Notes: generated by a model from the letters alone, not told the origin. 64,000 nt of DNA from the human T2T-CHM13v2.0 reference genome, Homo sapiens (GCF_009914755.1 NC_060930.1); one strand, 5' to 3'; shown: positions 37,291-51,768, counted from the first letter of the stretch. Made by a program: numbers and translations.

Positions 37291-40200
37291 GTCTTCTCAG
37301 TGACTTCAAGTGCTACAAGGGGTGGAGGTGCCAAGTTTACAGAGGATGGACCCACTGCTCGGTTTTTCTGTTCTGACTTTTCTCTCTTGGCACTTCTTTG
37401 TGTAAGAGCAGCAGGAGAGCCTTTTAACCAGATCTGCACATCACACTTCCCTGGGATACATTTTAGAAACATGCCTTGCCCAGGGTCTGCCCCTGGAGAT
37501 TTGAGCTCAGTCTATGGTAGGTAAGGTACATGTGGCTGTATTTGTGTCTAACTTGATGCATATCCCTGGTTGAAACTTCTACACAGCAGTTATCACCCTG
37601 ACCATGAAATGTTCCTTTTCCTTAGTGGAAGAGATTTGTGGGGTTTGGTTTGTAATTTAGAGAGGGAGAGTTTAACCAAGCCATGCATATTCTTTCATTC
37701 TGCCTTGAAATAACAGGTACATTTTTACTTACTGCACTCCTTCTCCAACTTACATATCCAGCTGTCTAAGTAGTATCCTCCAAATTCCAGTATTACCCAA
37801 TGTGTAGAAAGCTTCAGGATTTAGGCACCTGGAAGAGGAAAGAAGAGAGCTTCCTATATTCTTCTGTTAAAATTAAAGCCCTTCTCATCAGTTGGAGAAG
37901 CCAAGCTCTCTTAAGTCTGTTTCTATCTCTAGGTTTTGTTAACTAGAAATAGAATCTTTTCCAATGCATTTATTTTAACCAATTTTCCCTTATTATGAAT
38001 AGTGTTTTATTATAACAACATAATTTACTTCCTATTGTTTATTTCCATGTAGGATGTTATGACATTTTGGGCAGTCTATCCCCAGAATAGATTTTACCTC
38101 TTTTTATTGTATTCTACCTTTGGAAGGTTATTTTTAAGTGCAAAACACTTTATAAATATATGCTTAATTTTAATATATGCTTAAATTTAAAAATAATTGT
38201 AAATTCTCTAGACTGGGAACACTCCTTCAAAATAGTTTGTGCCGCAGTTTGCTGAGGGATTTTGCCAATATCAATACAACTATCCCTTCATCATTCTTGG
38301 CATGAGTTCTCTCATGGGCTTCCCATTCTAAGATCTCAGGGTATTTTAGTATATCTTACTTCGTTCTTCAGAACTTAGTAAATGGGAGTTCAAGATATAT
38401 TGGGTGTTTAAGTGGAACCTTTCCCTGCTCAGTCGTCTTCACAGTGAATCTCCATTTTGTAATTTTCTTGTGTGATCATTGTGAGTGCTGTCAGCAGGTC
38501 CTGTATTACTTGGACAGAGTTGCCGACAGATTGATCTGGGCCTCGAAATACTTTCTTCTTTTGGACGGGGTGAAATTTAAAATGTGGATTATACCCAAGG
38601 GGAGGAAGAAGAAGGGAGTGGCGCGAGCTCAGGTAGCTTTCGTTGTGGCAGCACCTCCATTCCCCATGACTCCAAACCAGAAGTGTGGAACCACTTGTAC
38701 TTTGGTCAGGAGTTTAAAAGCCAAAGGAAGACCTTATTTTCCAACCACATAAAATACATAATCATTGCTAAAGACTTATTCACAGCATACTGTTGATAAA
38801 TCAATGGAGTAGACGGCTAGCTGGCTTCTGTCCTAATTAATAAGGCCTGCCTCCCTGTCTGTATATGAGGACTAATGGAAATGAGGCAGTTTATACTAGT
38901 AAATACCATGGTATATGAGGCTGCCCATCTCGTCACTGTCCAAAGAGCATGCCATGCCCCTAAATACATACAAAAGACAAATTCATGGAGAAGGGATACA
39001 TACCAAAATACTAACGTCAAGGTAGTCTAGCAGAAGGTGAATTTTCTCCCTTTGTCTATTTTTAAAATTTAATGTAAATTTTTTTAAAGTAAATGTTGAC
39101 AGGTCTGAGTAGCTTGTTTTTCAAACAATTATTTAATGGTTAAGGATGTAAAACTATGTAAAATATGGTCCCAGTTTTTGTTTTAGGTTAGCTGTAAGGT
39201 TGATGGTTGCATGGGTGAGTGGATCGTAAAGTCAGCACTTGGCACAGTAGCTTTCATTCTGCTGTGAAATATCAAGTACATTTTTATCTCTCAGTGCTGG
39301 AAATATGGATTCTTTTTGTTTTCTCTATACTTTCCATATAATTTATAAGAAGTAAAGGTTTCACTCTGAGATTATGATAAAACTGAAGTTAGTCCATTCA
39401 TTTTGCAAATATTGGATGCCTATCATCTACCAGGTCTGGGAATACAAAGAATAAAATATTCCTCTCCTTGAGGTGCTCCGCATAGTAGGGATGATGAATG
39501 TAATGTAATCAACACACAATCCAACCCATGGTGCAGGATATAGGCTAGTTCAGTCCGTTAGGATCCAATGGGGCTCCTGCTTTGACTCCTTTTTCTTCCC
39601 TCAATTGTCCTGAAGGCTTTTTGTTGCTAGGCAGCTTTCCAAGGAGAGAGAATCCATTGTTTTTACTAGTTCTGAGGCAGAAATGAGATGCCCAAGCAGT
39701 TTCTGTTCTCCCTACCTGTCTTCCCACACAGGTTGAGTGCAGTAAGGGGCTGAGAGTGCACCCTTCCCTCTCAGGCATGTCACGTACTGCTACACCCCTG
39801 TGATGCTGGTCCTTCCCCATACATTTTCTTTAGTATATGTTCTGTCCATCATTATCTTCTAAATCATCTTCCAGAAGACTTGCTAACTAATTTCTGGTTG
39901 AGAAGTGATCCCCAGGCTTTATAGAGTGCCAGTGACATGGCCTCGGTGTTTGTTTTTTTGTTGTTCTGGTGAGGTCTGCTGAGAGAATGCTACCATCAGG
40001 AGAGAGGAAGATGGGTCTCCAGGCTGCACCACTGGCTCTGGGGCCCAGGCAGTTGGCATGAGTGAGGAGAGAGTCATTTGTTGTAAAGCTGGGGCTGGCC
40101 AGTTGTCTTAGGTGTGGTGAGAGACCCACAAGGAATAACTGGAAATCAACTTTGGTAAATATGGGGGTGAGATGAGGCATCTTTAAGGCATTGGGAACAA

Positions 40201-41419
40201 ATCCTTCCGTGAATGAAATGCAGATTGGTGTTATTTGGGTTACTCAGTGAGCAGAGTAGTGTCAGTGAGTGGGTGTATGCTGAGGAGTTCTGCATTGATC
40301 CAGCAGGCAAGCTGGGTCCCCTTCGGAAACTGCCACCCCTCCCCGGCCCAGCCCCGTTGGTGCCTGTACATTGTTTTCCAGGTAGCTGATTCGGACAGTC
40401 CTAATGGGCTTATTATTTACTGTAGATGTTCTCAGCTGAATGTTGATGACATGGGTGAACTGTAACTGAAAAATTTTATTTTTTTGCTTCACAAATGTGC
40501 AGCTAGCAGCTCAGCCAGGAATAAGACCCCACTAAGTTATGAAATGTGTTAGATGTCTTGTTTAACTCAACTAGGGATAGAAAATTTTACTGAGTCAGCC
40601 TTCTGATCATAGTTAGATCTTATTTATGAGGGTCCAAATTTAGAAATGTGACTGTAAGTTTTAGTCCTGATGTTCAGAGAGAGGTTAGGTGGCTTACCCA
40701 GGGTCTCATGGCTATGTACCAGCAGTCTTCTCGTCGCTTCCCAGGCTAATGACCTCTCTGCTACCCTGTGCGGATTTTGCATGATTAGTGTCCACTATGA
40801 GATGACCTACTGCAGCATCCCAAGATTCCCCAGGCCAAGAGAATCCTGAGACCTGCTTCTAGGACCTGCTGTGCTCAGAGTAACTAGGGACCCAATTTGT
40901 TGTTTTTAAAATGAAGGAATTGAACTGCATGATCTGGAGCCCTTCAGAGCTAATATTCAGATATAATGCTGACTCTCCCCTGTGTGGAAAGTGGTCTAAG
41001 CACATCTGTCTCATCGGATGTAGGCTGCATTTGGAACATGTTTTCCATACACGGTAATGAGGTGCTAGCATTTCTAATAAAGTTTTCACTGTTGTGCAGG
41101 GTAGAACCAGAGAGACCACCTGTCAACAGTGACTTTCCAGGCCAGTCAGTGTCTGTTTCACACAGACTTAGATGTATGAACCTATGCAGTGAGATACCCT
41201 CGACACTCATAAGATACAGGGCGATAACCTGGTGACTTAGGAGCCCCAGTCAGTTCGTAGTCTTGATGATGCTTAAGCACATTGACAAAGGTGAGAATAA
41301 GAGGCAAAGGCCTTGAACTCTTCAGTGTCCTTGCTGAGAAGTATGAGTTTCTAAGACATGTGCAGAACAAGAAGTATGCAGCCTGAGTGTGACCGTAACT
41401 AACCCTGCTTGTGTTTCAG

Positions 41420-41649
41420 GCCCGCCATGTTCATAGAGGATAAAGCAGTAGACACCCTGGCTTACCTCAGTGACGGTGACGCCCGAGCTGGGTTGAACGG
41501 ACTGCAGCTGGCGGTGCTGGCTAGGTTAAGCTCTAGGAAGATGTTCTGTAAGAAGAGTGGGCAATCCTATTCTCCCAGTAGAGTTCTGATCACAGAGAAT
41601 GACGTGAAGGAGGGCCTACAGCGATCCCACATTTTATATGACCGGGCAG
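41420..41649 (+). CDS. WRNIP1: WRNIP1 exon 4
   Basis: tttcag|G acceptor; PAMFIEDKAVDTLAYLSDGDARAGLN...LYDRA; donor G|GTAAGT; 230 nt, phases consistent with neighbours. Confidence 0.97.
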
Positions 41650-43944
41650 GTAAGTAATTCACCTGTGGAAAGAGTGAAACCATACGGAAAGAAGTGTGTG
41701 CACACATTCTCATTTCCGGAAGCCTGACTGGGTTCCGGAAGCATTCCAGCTGGGTCCAGAGCATTCCAGTGATTCTCAGGTGGATCTGCATGTTGGTATT
41801 AAGCCTTCTACACAGGGCTGACCTTTCCGAAGAGAGGCATGAAGCAGAAGCTGCCCTGTTGAGAATCTAGAGGAGTTTTGGGGTTGGAAATGGCAGGCTG
41901 CACATTCACCTTAGAAGGTAGTTGGCTATTCCCCACCTTGCAGAATACAATCACCTTTGAAAGCCTGTGCATTCACTTGACAATGAATATGTTTTGTGAT
42001 CATTTACAACGGCAGTAAATAAAAAGAGGACTTTTGTCATAATGACTTATTAGTTTTAATTGAGAATTAAAATGCTTTATTTCTAGAGTCTATACTAAAA
42101 AATAGTCATGGATCTTGAAGTTTTTATTTTATGTAGTAGCTTTTTCAAAAATTTAATTTTGCTGTGTGCACTTATCTGTTTTTGTAGAACTGCATTTACA
42201 GATAGCAGATTTGATACCAGCTCTTATTAAATCTGTGACTTAGCAATATTAAATGTCATTAGCACAGCACATTTGCATCTTTTTATAAAAGAAGTGGGAG
42301 ATGAATATAACATACTGTAGATTAGCAAACTTCTGCTGCTTGAGCATTTGTGGGACTTTGGATGGAATCATGTTGCAGTAACTGTGGAATATAATTTCCA
42401 CACTTTTCAAAGCTCTGCCAGAAAAGGAGGCTGATAATTGAATGTTCCTGATCTCACGTAGGCTGTGCCACGTGACAATGGAGAGTCCTTACTGGTTAGA
42501 GAAGGGGTGGAGGGGCTTAAGAATGACTTTGGTTCCAAGCGCTGCCTCTTCGTGGGTGAGCACACTCGCTGCATGACCTAGGGGGGCTGACCAAAGCTTT
42601 TTGGCTTTAGCGTGCCTCAGCTGATGGTAGCTCAGGGGTGTTCATTAGTGCTAAGGACACACTGGCAAGTTGAATAAATAATCCTGTCTACATTGTGACG
42701 TGAATGTGCCTCAGCGGGGCCTGCTCAGATGGCTGGCTCTCCCTAGTGCTCTGGAGCATGACGTGAATGCTTGCAAAGTCTGAAAAGCAACACATTCTAG
42801 GTGTGTAGAGCCCTGCTTGACTTTTGGTCAAATAGAAAAAATGTAGATATGAACAAGAAAAAAGATTTTAAGACATTAAAAAAATCTCACCATGCCGGGA
42901 TCGCCATTGTTTCTGAAGTGCAGCAGCAGCGGTCTCTCTCTCTCTTCTTGTAGGTGTCCCAAAGGATTTGCCTTGTTTTGATTGGAACGACTAGGACTGT
43001 TCTTTGACATTTTATCAGACTGTCACTTGAGATCCATATAACATGGCATTCACTAACACTCAGCCATTGAGTATTTTATAGGTGTATTCATTTTTTAAAT
43101 TCTCAAAATTGCTTTATGGAGATAGCTATTAATATTACCCCCATTTTAAGATAACAAAGCAAGTGGTGAAACTGACCCGTAAATCCAGGTCTTACTGGTT
43201 CCCAAGACTGTCCTTCCCCCCGTCCGCATTTGCCTCCACACCAGCCTTGCCATGCTGTTACTGATCTCACCCATTACATCATGCTCCTGAGAGGGGTCAC
43301 CCGTCCATGCACATACAGAGCGGATCTTGGAGGGGTTCAGTCCTAGGAATCCCACTTCCTGAGCTCCACGTTGCAGAGCTCTGCACAGTGGGGATCACCT
43401 TGTCTATAGCTTGGAGCTGGGGGGTGGTGGAGGCTGCCTAGTGCCGCTGCCTAGTGCCAGCGCCTTAAGAACCCCACATCCTATACGTCTTCCCAGTATG
43501 AGTGTGTTTACACACCCCACCCCAGTGCAACATGTCTGCCCCACAGTGGATCCGCAGACACATAAATATCATTCAGATCTTGGAGAAAGCTGCTTTTACA
43601 GGCTTTGCTCTATAAATAGGGATAGTGGAAGCATTGCCCTGGAAACCTGTTAGCTTATACTCTTGGGCCTTTTTATAACTCCAGTGAGACAAAGACCCAC
43701 CCCCAGAGTTGTGATTATTTTTGTATATGCCACCTAGTTCATAGTTACCCACTAGTAGGATCCAGTGATGTTTCTGCATCAGAGTGAAGGAATTTCTAAA
43801 TGAGAGCAAACTCTCTGCCATGCATTGACATCGGGGTTCTATAGAAGTCGTCAAATTTCAGGTTATAAAGCAGTGTGTAATAAAAGCAAACATGGAAGGT
43901 AGCATAGAATAATACTAGTATCTATCACTGATGCAAAAGAATCT

Positions 43945-44135
43945 TTTTACAGTGCCTGCTCTGTGCCAGGCGTGTGTTATTTAATACAGCCCTGTGAGGT
44001 AAGTGGTCTCGTTTTTCCCATTTTACAGATGAGAAACCTGAGGCACAGTGAGGATCAGGAACTTGCCCATGGCCCATGAGCTTGGGGGTCCAGCCCAGGC
44101 TGTTTGGTCCCAGAGCCTGTGCTCTTGTCCATTAT
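43945..44135 (-). mobile_element. MIR
   Basis: cccattttacagatgagaaacctgaggcacag core. Confidence 0.8.
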
Positions 44136-45563
44136 ACTGGTGGTATTGCCCCTGGCATTGACAAAGTGGGAAAAGATGACTAACCTGTGTAGGGGGAGTT
44201 TAAATTTGACATAAAGTGGTGTGGGTAGTTTCTTCCAGCCCCCATGCCCGTGAGTTTAGCCAGGCCTGTTACCTGCTACCCTCTTCCCCGCCTTCCTCCA
44301 CCCTGCAGAGGAGCAGAGCGTAGCCTGAGTGCCTGGGCCAGCAGGGTGAGGGAGTGGGCCAGAACCATGCAGATGTCATCCAGGACACCCTCTCGGCCAG
44401 TGTCCATAGCACTCTGACTTCACCAGGGGAGCCCTGCACAGGAGACACTCAGTTTGTTCTCAGAAATCCAGTAGCTGGGCTGACCCATCCATCTGCCCTG
44501 GCTCTCAGAAACCAGAATCACTCAGGCTGAGCCGTGGGTCCTGCAGGTCTTTCCCCTGTGGGAGGCCAGCATCTTCGCTTGCTCTCTTCTCCACCTGAAG
44601 ACCAACTGTCATCTTACCAGCGAGCTCAGCTGCCAGGGTTTGTGGCTGGCGCCAGTCGTATTGTGGACATGGGCTTATGCTGAGCACAGACCAGGTGCTC
44701 CTCTGGGAGGAGTGAGACTCACGGGAACACCATCCTCCGCTTTCTCGTGAGGAGGGTGCCCCCTCCTTGAACTTACCTAAGGGACGATGGCCAGAGAATA
44801 GTGAAATGTATGCAGGTGCCACTGCTTAGTTCCTGAGAACTGTTTAGCTGTCATTTTTTTGCCCTTAAATATGCCTTTTTTTAAAGCACATTTCACTGAT
44901 TTCATGTGAATCTAGGGTAAAAATGGAGTAGTAAGACCAGGCGGTGAGAGAGTGGGCTTCCGTCCACTTCAGGGCGGAAGCTGGTTAGTCCACATGTCGG
45001 TCCTTCTGGGACCCTGCCACACAGGTGTCCCCACACCAAGGCTGGCAGAAGGAGGTTTAAATGACCACAGGCTTCGGATATCAGAAAGGCAGCTGGAAAT
45101 GACACTGAGGAACAGATGGGCTATAACAGCTGCCCTTGCCACTTGGCTCTACATCCTCCTGGCTCCGAGCAGGCCCACCGTTGCTTTTCCTCCAGTAGAT
45201 GGTGGGCCACGGGATAGAGCCAGAACAGAAGACTCGTCCCCCCTCCACTCTTGTCTCTGGCAAATCCACCAGCTGGGAGGACCACCTTTCCTCCCTCCTG
45301 CCTCTGTGCGTGTGCGTGCACTCCATGTCGACAGCCACAGGTTTCTGCTGCAGCAGCCTCTTCCCCTGAATAGGACTGGGATTAAGCCCCAGCAGCTGGT
45401 GCACCCCACTCAGAGCACGGTTAAGGCAGCTGCCCAAACCTCTCCTCGGCTTTCTCAGGGCCTTTATTCGTTCAGGCTTTCTGGAAGTCAGCTGGCGGAG
45501 GTGAAGATGGCTTGGGCGCCCCTCCTGTGAGCTCTGTGTGAGTGGTGCTCTTTGTGATGTCAG

Positions 45564-45719
45564 GTGAGGAGCATTACAACTGCATCTCCGCCCTGCACAA
45601 GTCCATGCGGGGCTCAGACCAGAACGCCTCCCTCTACTGGCTGGCTCGCATGCTCGAGGGAGGAGAGGACCCACTCTACGTGGCACGGAGGCTTGTCAGG
45701 TTTGCCAGCGAGGACATAG
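45564..45719 (+). CDS. WRNIP1: WRNIP1 exon 5
   Basis: cag|GT acceptor; [19 protein letters not shown]...FASEDI (MgsA C-terminal domain); donor G|GTGAGT; 156 nt. Confidence 0.97.
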   Translation: MRSITTASPPCTSPCGAQTRTPPSTGWLACSREERTHSTWHGGLSGLPART

Positions 45720-46485
45720 GTGAGTGTGATGGGAGGGTCCCGGAGTCCTATGTCCATGAGGGTGGGGAAATGGCTAACAGTTACATCGTGGCTTTTTTTT
45801 TTTTTTTTTTTTTTTGCAGGGCGGGGTGGGCGGGGGTAGCAGGAAGAATGTCTCAGGGCTATGTGAGACTGGCAGGAGAAGATAAGACTTTATGCCTGAG
45901 CTCAGTCGTTTAGTTCCTGGTGTATGTGCTTTTGAATGTTTATGTTCATAAAGTCACCATTTTCTGTTTCCTCTTCGGGAATGTTTTTACTAACATGAGT
46001 GGCTATTCAGAGTATTGCAATAGATGAGCTGCTTTTAAATTTGCTTTAAGTCAGGTGTTCAAGGTTTTCTTTGGACAGCTCCCAAGGTAGAAATGGAAGA
46101 CTCTAGACACTATATGAAGAAAAAGATCAGGAAAGCTCTCCTCTTCTTTGGTCTTAGGGGATGTTTTGTTTTTAGTGTTTCCATCCTGGTGAATGTCTCC
46201 ATAGCCTTCACTTCTTATGTTTGTTATACAGAGACTCATGTTTTTCTAGATGCAGAGTTTTTATCCACAAGGAAACAGTTCTTAACACCACACAGTAACC
46301 ACTCTCAATATTTCTTGCATAAGTTCATGGGATCAGAGACTAGAGCTAAGTCAGGCTGTTTTGCTACATGGGATTGTTTTGGTCACCAAGTGTACAAGCA
46401 GTGGTGGTCTGTGGTCGCCTGCACATAGGCCAGGAGGACAGTGTGTGTCATGACTGAAACTCTCCTTTGTCTCTGTGTGTGGCAG

Positions 46486-46565
46486 GTCTGGCAGACCCGT
46501 CTGCGTTAACACAAGCGGTTGCTGCCTACCAAGGCTGTCATTTTATAGGCATGCCTGAATGTGAG
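46486..46565 (+). CDS. WRNIP1: WRNIP1 exon 6
   Basis: ggcag|GT acceptor; GLADPSALTQAVAAYQGCHFIGMPECE; donor GAG|GTAAAG; 80 nt. Confidence 0.96.
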
Positions 46566-47168
46566 GTAAAGTAATCAGCTCATTTCTTGCAAATCACTTC
46601 TTTTCTCTCTCGTGCTCTGTCCCTTTGTAGATTTGAATAAATGTCCCTCCTTCACCATTGGTGTATTGGACCCACTGAGTATGCTGCTTGGCTTTGGAAT
46701 TCCAATTGTAGACTCTTAGACTCCTAGAGAGGGAAACCTTCTGTGTCAACGAGGTCATGTTTCAAACTGTTCTCGGGATTCCGGGGTTCAGAGCACATGC
46801 TCCATATGTTCCAGGGAGCAGAAAGGTTAAAGGAGCTGAACAGCAAAGCCTCTGCAAGTTCGCCCCCAGAGCAGCTTCATATTCATCTCTTTTATATATT
46901 GGGGGCTTAAGAAAAATTTAATGTAGTAAAAAGTCCTTCAGTTAAAAAAAAAAATGAAAACCACTCACCTGGTTTGCCTCTCGTTTCACCTCATGAGAAT
47001 TTCTTCTGTCTGTCGTAGGTGGTTATCCAGACTGTAGGCGCAAAAGGGGGATAATAAAAGCATGTGGGGATCTTCTCAGAATTACCTAGAGCTGTGTATC
47101 AGAAGGGGCTCTGCAGAACAGAAGCTTGGCATCTTGCTAGTAAAATGTGTCCTCTGTGTCATTGGTAG

Positions 47169-47444
47169 GTGCTTCTGGCCCAGTGTGTGGTCTACTTTGC
47201 CAGAGCCCCAAAGTCCATTGAGGTGTACAGCGCCTACAACAACGTCAAAGCCTGCCTGAGGAACCACCAGGGGCCACTGCCCCCCGTGCCCCTGCACCTG
47301 AGGAACGCGCCCACTAGGCTGATGAAGGATTTGGGCTATGGCAAAGGCTACAAGTACAACCCCATGTACAGCGAGCCTGTGGATCAGGAGTACCTGCCTG
47401 AAGAGTTGAGGGGGGTAGATTTCTTCAAGCAGAGGAGGTGCTGA
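47169..47444 (+). CDS. WRNIP1: WRNIP1 exon 7 (coding part, to TGA)
   Basis: tag|GTG acceptor; VLLAQCVVYFARAPKS...HLRNAPTRLMKDLGYGKGYKY...FFKQRRC*; exon lengths sum to 1998 nt. Confidence 0.97.
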   Translation: MLLAQCVVYFARAPKSIEVYSAYNNVKACLRNHQGPLPPVPLHLRNAPTRLMKDLGYGKGYKYNPMYSEPVDQEYLPEELRGVDFFKQRRC

Positions 47445-47603
47445 CTCCTCAGGGCACGACAGCAGAAGGATGTTGCTTTTTTAAGGGAGGGCCAGAAAGA
47501 AAGTTAGTGGATTGCAAAGTTGGTTGCCTGGTGGAAGTTAGAACAGACCAACATTTTGTGCCAGAAATTTAAGAGTTCCATAGGTGGAGGCGCAGTTCTT
47601 TCG

Positions 47604-47609
47604 AATAAA
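47604..47609 (+). terminator. WRNIP1: Proximal poly(A) signal AATAAA in WRNIP1 3' UTR
   Basis: AATAAA followed by GT/T-rich sequence (tgtgttcattt). Confidence 0.55.
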
Positions 47610-47887
47610 TGTGTAACTTTGAAATTGTGTTCATTTGCACTCGGTGCAGCGGTTATGCTTATGAAAATACCTGGCAGCTTTGTGCAATGAATTAATGTTA
47701 TAAGGAATTATCTATTTTGTCATAGTATTTAAGTCATAATGTCATTTCAGAATTCAGTTCTGTAGGATTTTCTTTTCTTTAAAAAATGTATATTCTGGGT
47801 AGTTTTAATTGGTAAAAAAATGTAATTGTGATTTAATACTGCATAGTGTTTTGGGTATTTTTTTTATATGCAAAGGTCTTACGAGCC

Positions 47888-47893
47888 AATAAA
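47888..47893 (+). terminator. WRNIP1: Second poly(A) signal AATAAA in WRNIP1 3' UTR
   Basis: AATAAA after a U-rich UTR stretch containing TGTA motifs; T-rich sequence downstream. Confidence 0.6.
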
Positions 47894-49063
47894 ACTATTT
47901 CAAAGTACTCTTCGATTCTGTCATGGTTTTCCTGCCTGGATGCTAGGTACCAGCGTTGTCACCATTGCATTTGGTGGGTGGATACTGGGAAGGAGAAATC
48001 ACCCCAGATGGGAAGAGTGGGGAGCTTAAGTTAAGAAGTCAGTGTTATCTTGTTGAAAGTTAACTCTGATCTCTTTAAAGGAATACATAAAGGAATTCTT
48101 TAAATGGCTTGTGGAAGACTCCAGTAGTCCCATGCCCATTTTTTCCCACTTGTCCTGGTTTCTTCTTGCAGCTCCATATTTCTAAACAGTCGTTTTTCTT
48201 TTACTTTATGTGTGTCCTGAACACAAAATACGCCACTCCTTCTGCTCAGTTAAGAGTTATTTGTCCCTACTGCTACTTCCTCTCCCTCTCCTTAGTTGCA
48301 TGTCGTGCATATGCCCACAAGGATGGCCCCTTCAGGTAGTCGGTTCTCCTCCTGCCGTTGCGTGATCCCTCCTGGGGTCCTCCTGCCATGTCTGGAAGGC
48401 TGCCGGCTGTTGGCCTGGGACGTCCTCTGCCTTTATTCTGAGTGAGATGCCCATTTTCTTGATGCTCCATCCCGCCTTACTGGTTTATTCCGCTATTTCA
48501 GTGCAACCCATCCTCTAGTAGTTTTATCAGGCTGGAGGGACTGTATGTTGCAGAGGCTTGGCCCGACTGGCCTCCCTCCTTCTGTCTGGAGTGGTTGCAC
48601 TGCAGTGTGCAGTTGCCATCCCCAGAATCTCCCTTCATCATCACCCTGGAGCTTTCCTCTGCTTCTCCCTGCACCCCATCTGATGACAGGACTGACTGCT
48701 TTCTGGCACAGGTGGCATGTACCCTCTAGTAGCTTTATGGAGCAGGGGTGTGTGGAGGAAAAGTATTTTTAGACCTCAGGAGACTCAAAATGCTTTTATT
48801 GTACCTTCAGACGTGTCTGAGGGTTTGGCTAGTAATAAATTGTAGGTAAGAAATTACTTGTGCATTGTTTTACACTTTCCCACATTGTTGTCAAGTTTGA
48901 AGGCATCCTGATGTGTGTGGTCTTTTGTTTGTAACCTCTATCAACTTGTAGACTCTTCTGTCTTTGCTCCCCGTGTTTTAAAAGTCTGCACTGGGTACTT
49001 GTTGGGCCTTTCAATCTGGAAACTCCTTTCAGTTCTAGGGAAGTTTCTTTTTTTATTCAATAA

Positions 49064-49364
<301 letters not shown>

Positions 49365-50453
49365 TAAATATTGAGTGCCTGTTTTATGCTGAGCATTCTT
49401 GTTGATGTTAAAACACATCAGTGAGCAGAAGAGACCAAAAATTCTGTGTTCTTAAAGCCTATGGTATGAAAAATAATATGTTAATATGCCAAATAGTGAT
49501 AAGTGCTATGCTAAGGAGAAAATGAATGAAAGATTGAATATGGAAAGGGGAGGTATGGGTGCAGTTTTAGTAGAGTAGCCAAGGTGGATCTCACCAAGAA
49601 AGTGTTTGAGTCAAGACTTCAAGGAAGTGAATGTGCCTTTCAGACACCCGGGAAAGGATCATCCCAGGCAGAGGGAAAAGCAAGTGCAAAGGCGCCGAGG
49701 GAGGATGGAAGGCTGGGTGGGTTCAGCATCCAGTAAGGAGACCAGTCTAGCCGGAGGGGAGGAAAGAGTGGTAGAAGTCGAGGCCGAGGATCATGGAGCT
49801 TCAGATAAGGTGGGACCTTTTAGGTCATGGGAAGGACTTTGGCTTTTACTCAAGGTTTCCCTCAAAGAGTGTCATGATGAGACTTTGATGTTATAGGGAT
49901 CCCTTGCCGCAGTGTTGGGACTAGACGGTAGGTAGGGTCAGGCTCATCTTTTCAGTCAAGTAGGTCAAGGCATGGCTCCCTGCGTTCTCAGCGCCAGGTG
50001 GGGAAAGAGGAAAGTCGTCATACATCACTCAGTATGTGCCTACCACTTTGATCTTCTGACTGAAATGGTACCCAAGCCCCTGGCTCTATCTGGGCCCCTC
50101 TGGTTCAGAGATCTTCCCCTGGCCTGGAGTAGGAGAGGGTGTCTGGAGACCCATCTTCCTCTTCCTTACCTGCTGCCACCTCCCAAGCCTCTGAGACGTC
50201 TGCCACGTTGATGCCTTGGCATTCCCCACTCGACTTGCCAGGTCAGTTACCATTTGCCCGCCATGTTTCCACCTCCAGCATCATGTTGCCATTATCTCAC
50301 TTGTTCTCCTCACTTTCAAGGATTGATGGATTTTAAGGATTCCTTTACTGTATTTTTGGTGGAGGCTTAGGAGGAAATAAAATCACATGTGGGTCCAATC
50401 CATTATCTTTACTAGTATTTCATTAAGAAATGTATAGCCCAGTTTTTTCTTGA

Positions 50454-50759
<306 letters not shown>

Positions 50760-50791
50760 AATTTTGATTCTTTAAAAATAACATTTTTACA

Positions 50792-51101
<310 letters not shown>

Positions 51102-51768
51102 TTTTTGTTGGGGGATGGAGTTACTTCCAAATAAGAAGTGTGCTTGTGATGTAACCGGAGGTGACATTAACTCCTCAACAAGCTTTTCCGTCATGACTCA
51201 CTCCTGCCAGTTTCCCAAGGGACGGATCCCAGTGGTGGTCAAGGCACAGGTGTGAATTTATGCCAGGACGATATGTGAGCATCGTAACTCAAGCCAACAG
51301 ATAAGTGATGAGGGCTTTTTGAGATCCATCATCCTATTAGACATGCGGCCCTGAACACAGTGTGTAACGCGGACACGGGGCCTGTGCTGGAGCACGCGGT
51401 GCTGGGGAGAGCCTGCAGCACACTTTCTGCTGTATCCAGCAGCGGGGCACTGAGCAGCCAACTTTCTGTAACTGTAAAATCAAGCTTGAAAGTTTGCAAA
51501 TGCTTGTTTTTTGGTTTCAAAGAATCTTATTTTGTGAAAGCAGATTTTTAAAGTTTTTAAAGCAGATATTCACTGCCTGAATGAATACCTCTCACATACC
51601 ACAGTGAGCATGACTGAAAGTTTACACCATTAGCTAAACCCTGGGAAAAACTAATGCAGTGAGTCAGAGTTTCTGGTGAGGGAGGCACATCTCTTGCCTG
51701 TTTACAGTAGTATTCAACAATTGGGGGCAGCCCTTCCATATGATGCCATTTAAATACCACAAGTTATG

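Noticed and set aside
41714-41741. Two TTCCGGAAG (ETS-like) motifs just after exon 4
   Set aside because: Part of a short local degenerate duplication; too little evidence for a regulatory element
44952-45686. 192-aa and 201-aa ORFs next to or overlapping exon 5
   Set aside because: No homology I can recognise; moderately GC-rich intronic or antisense sequence
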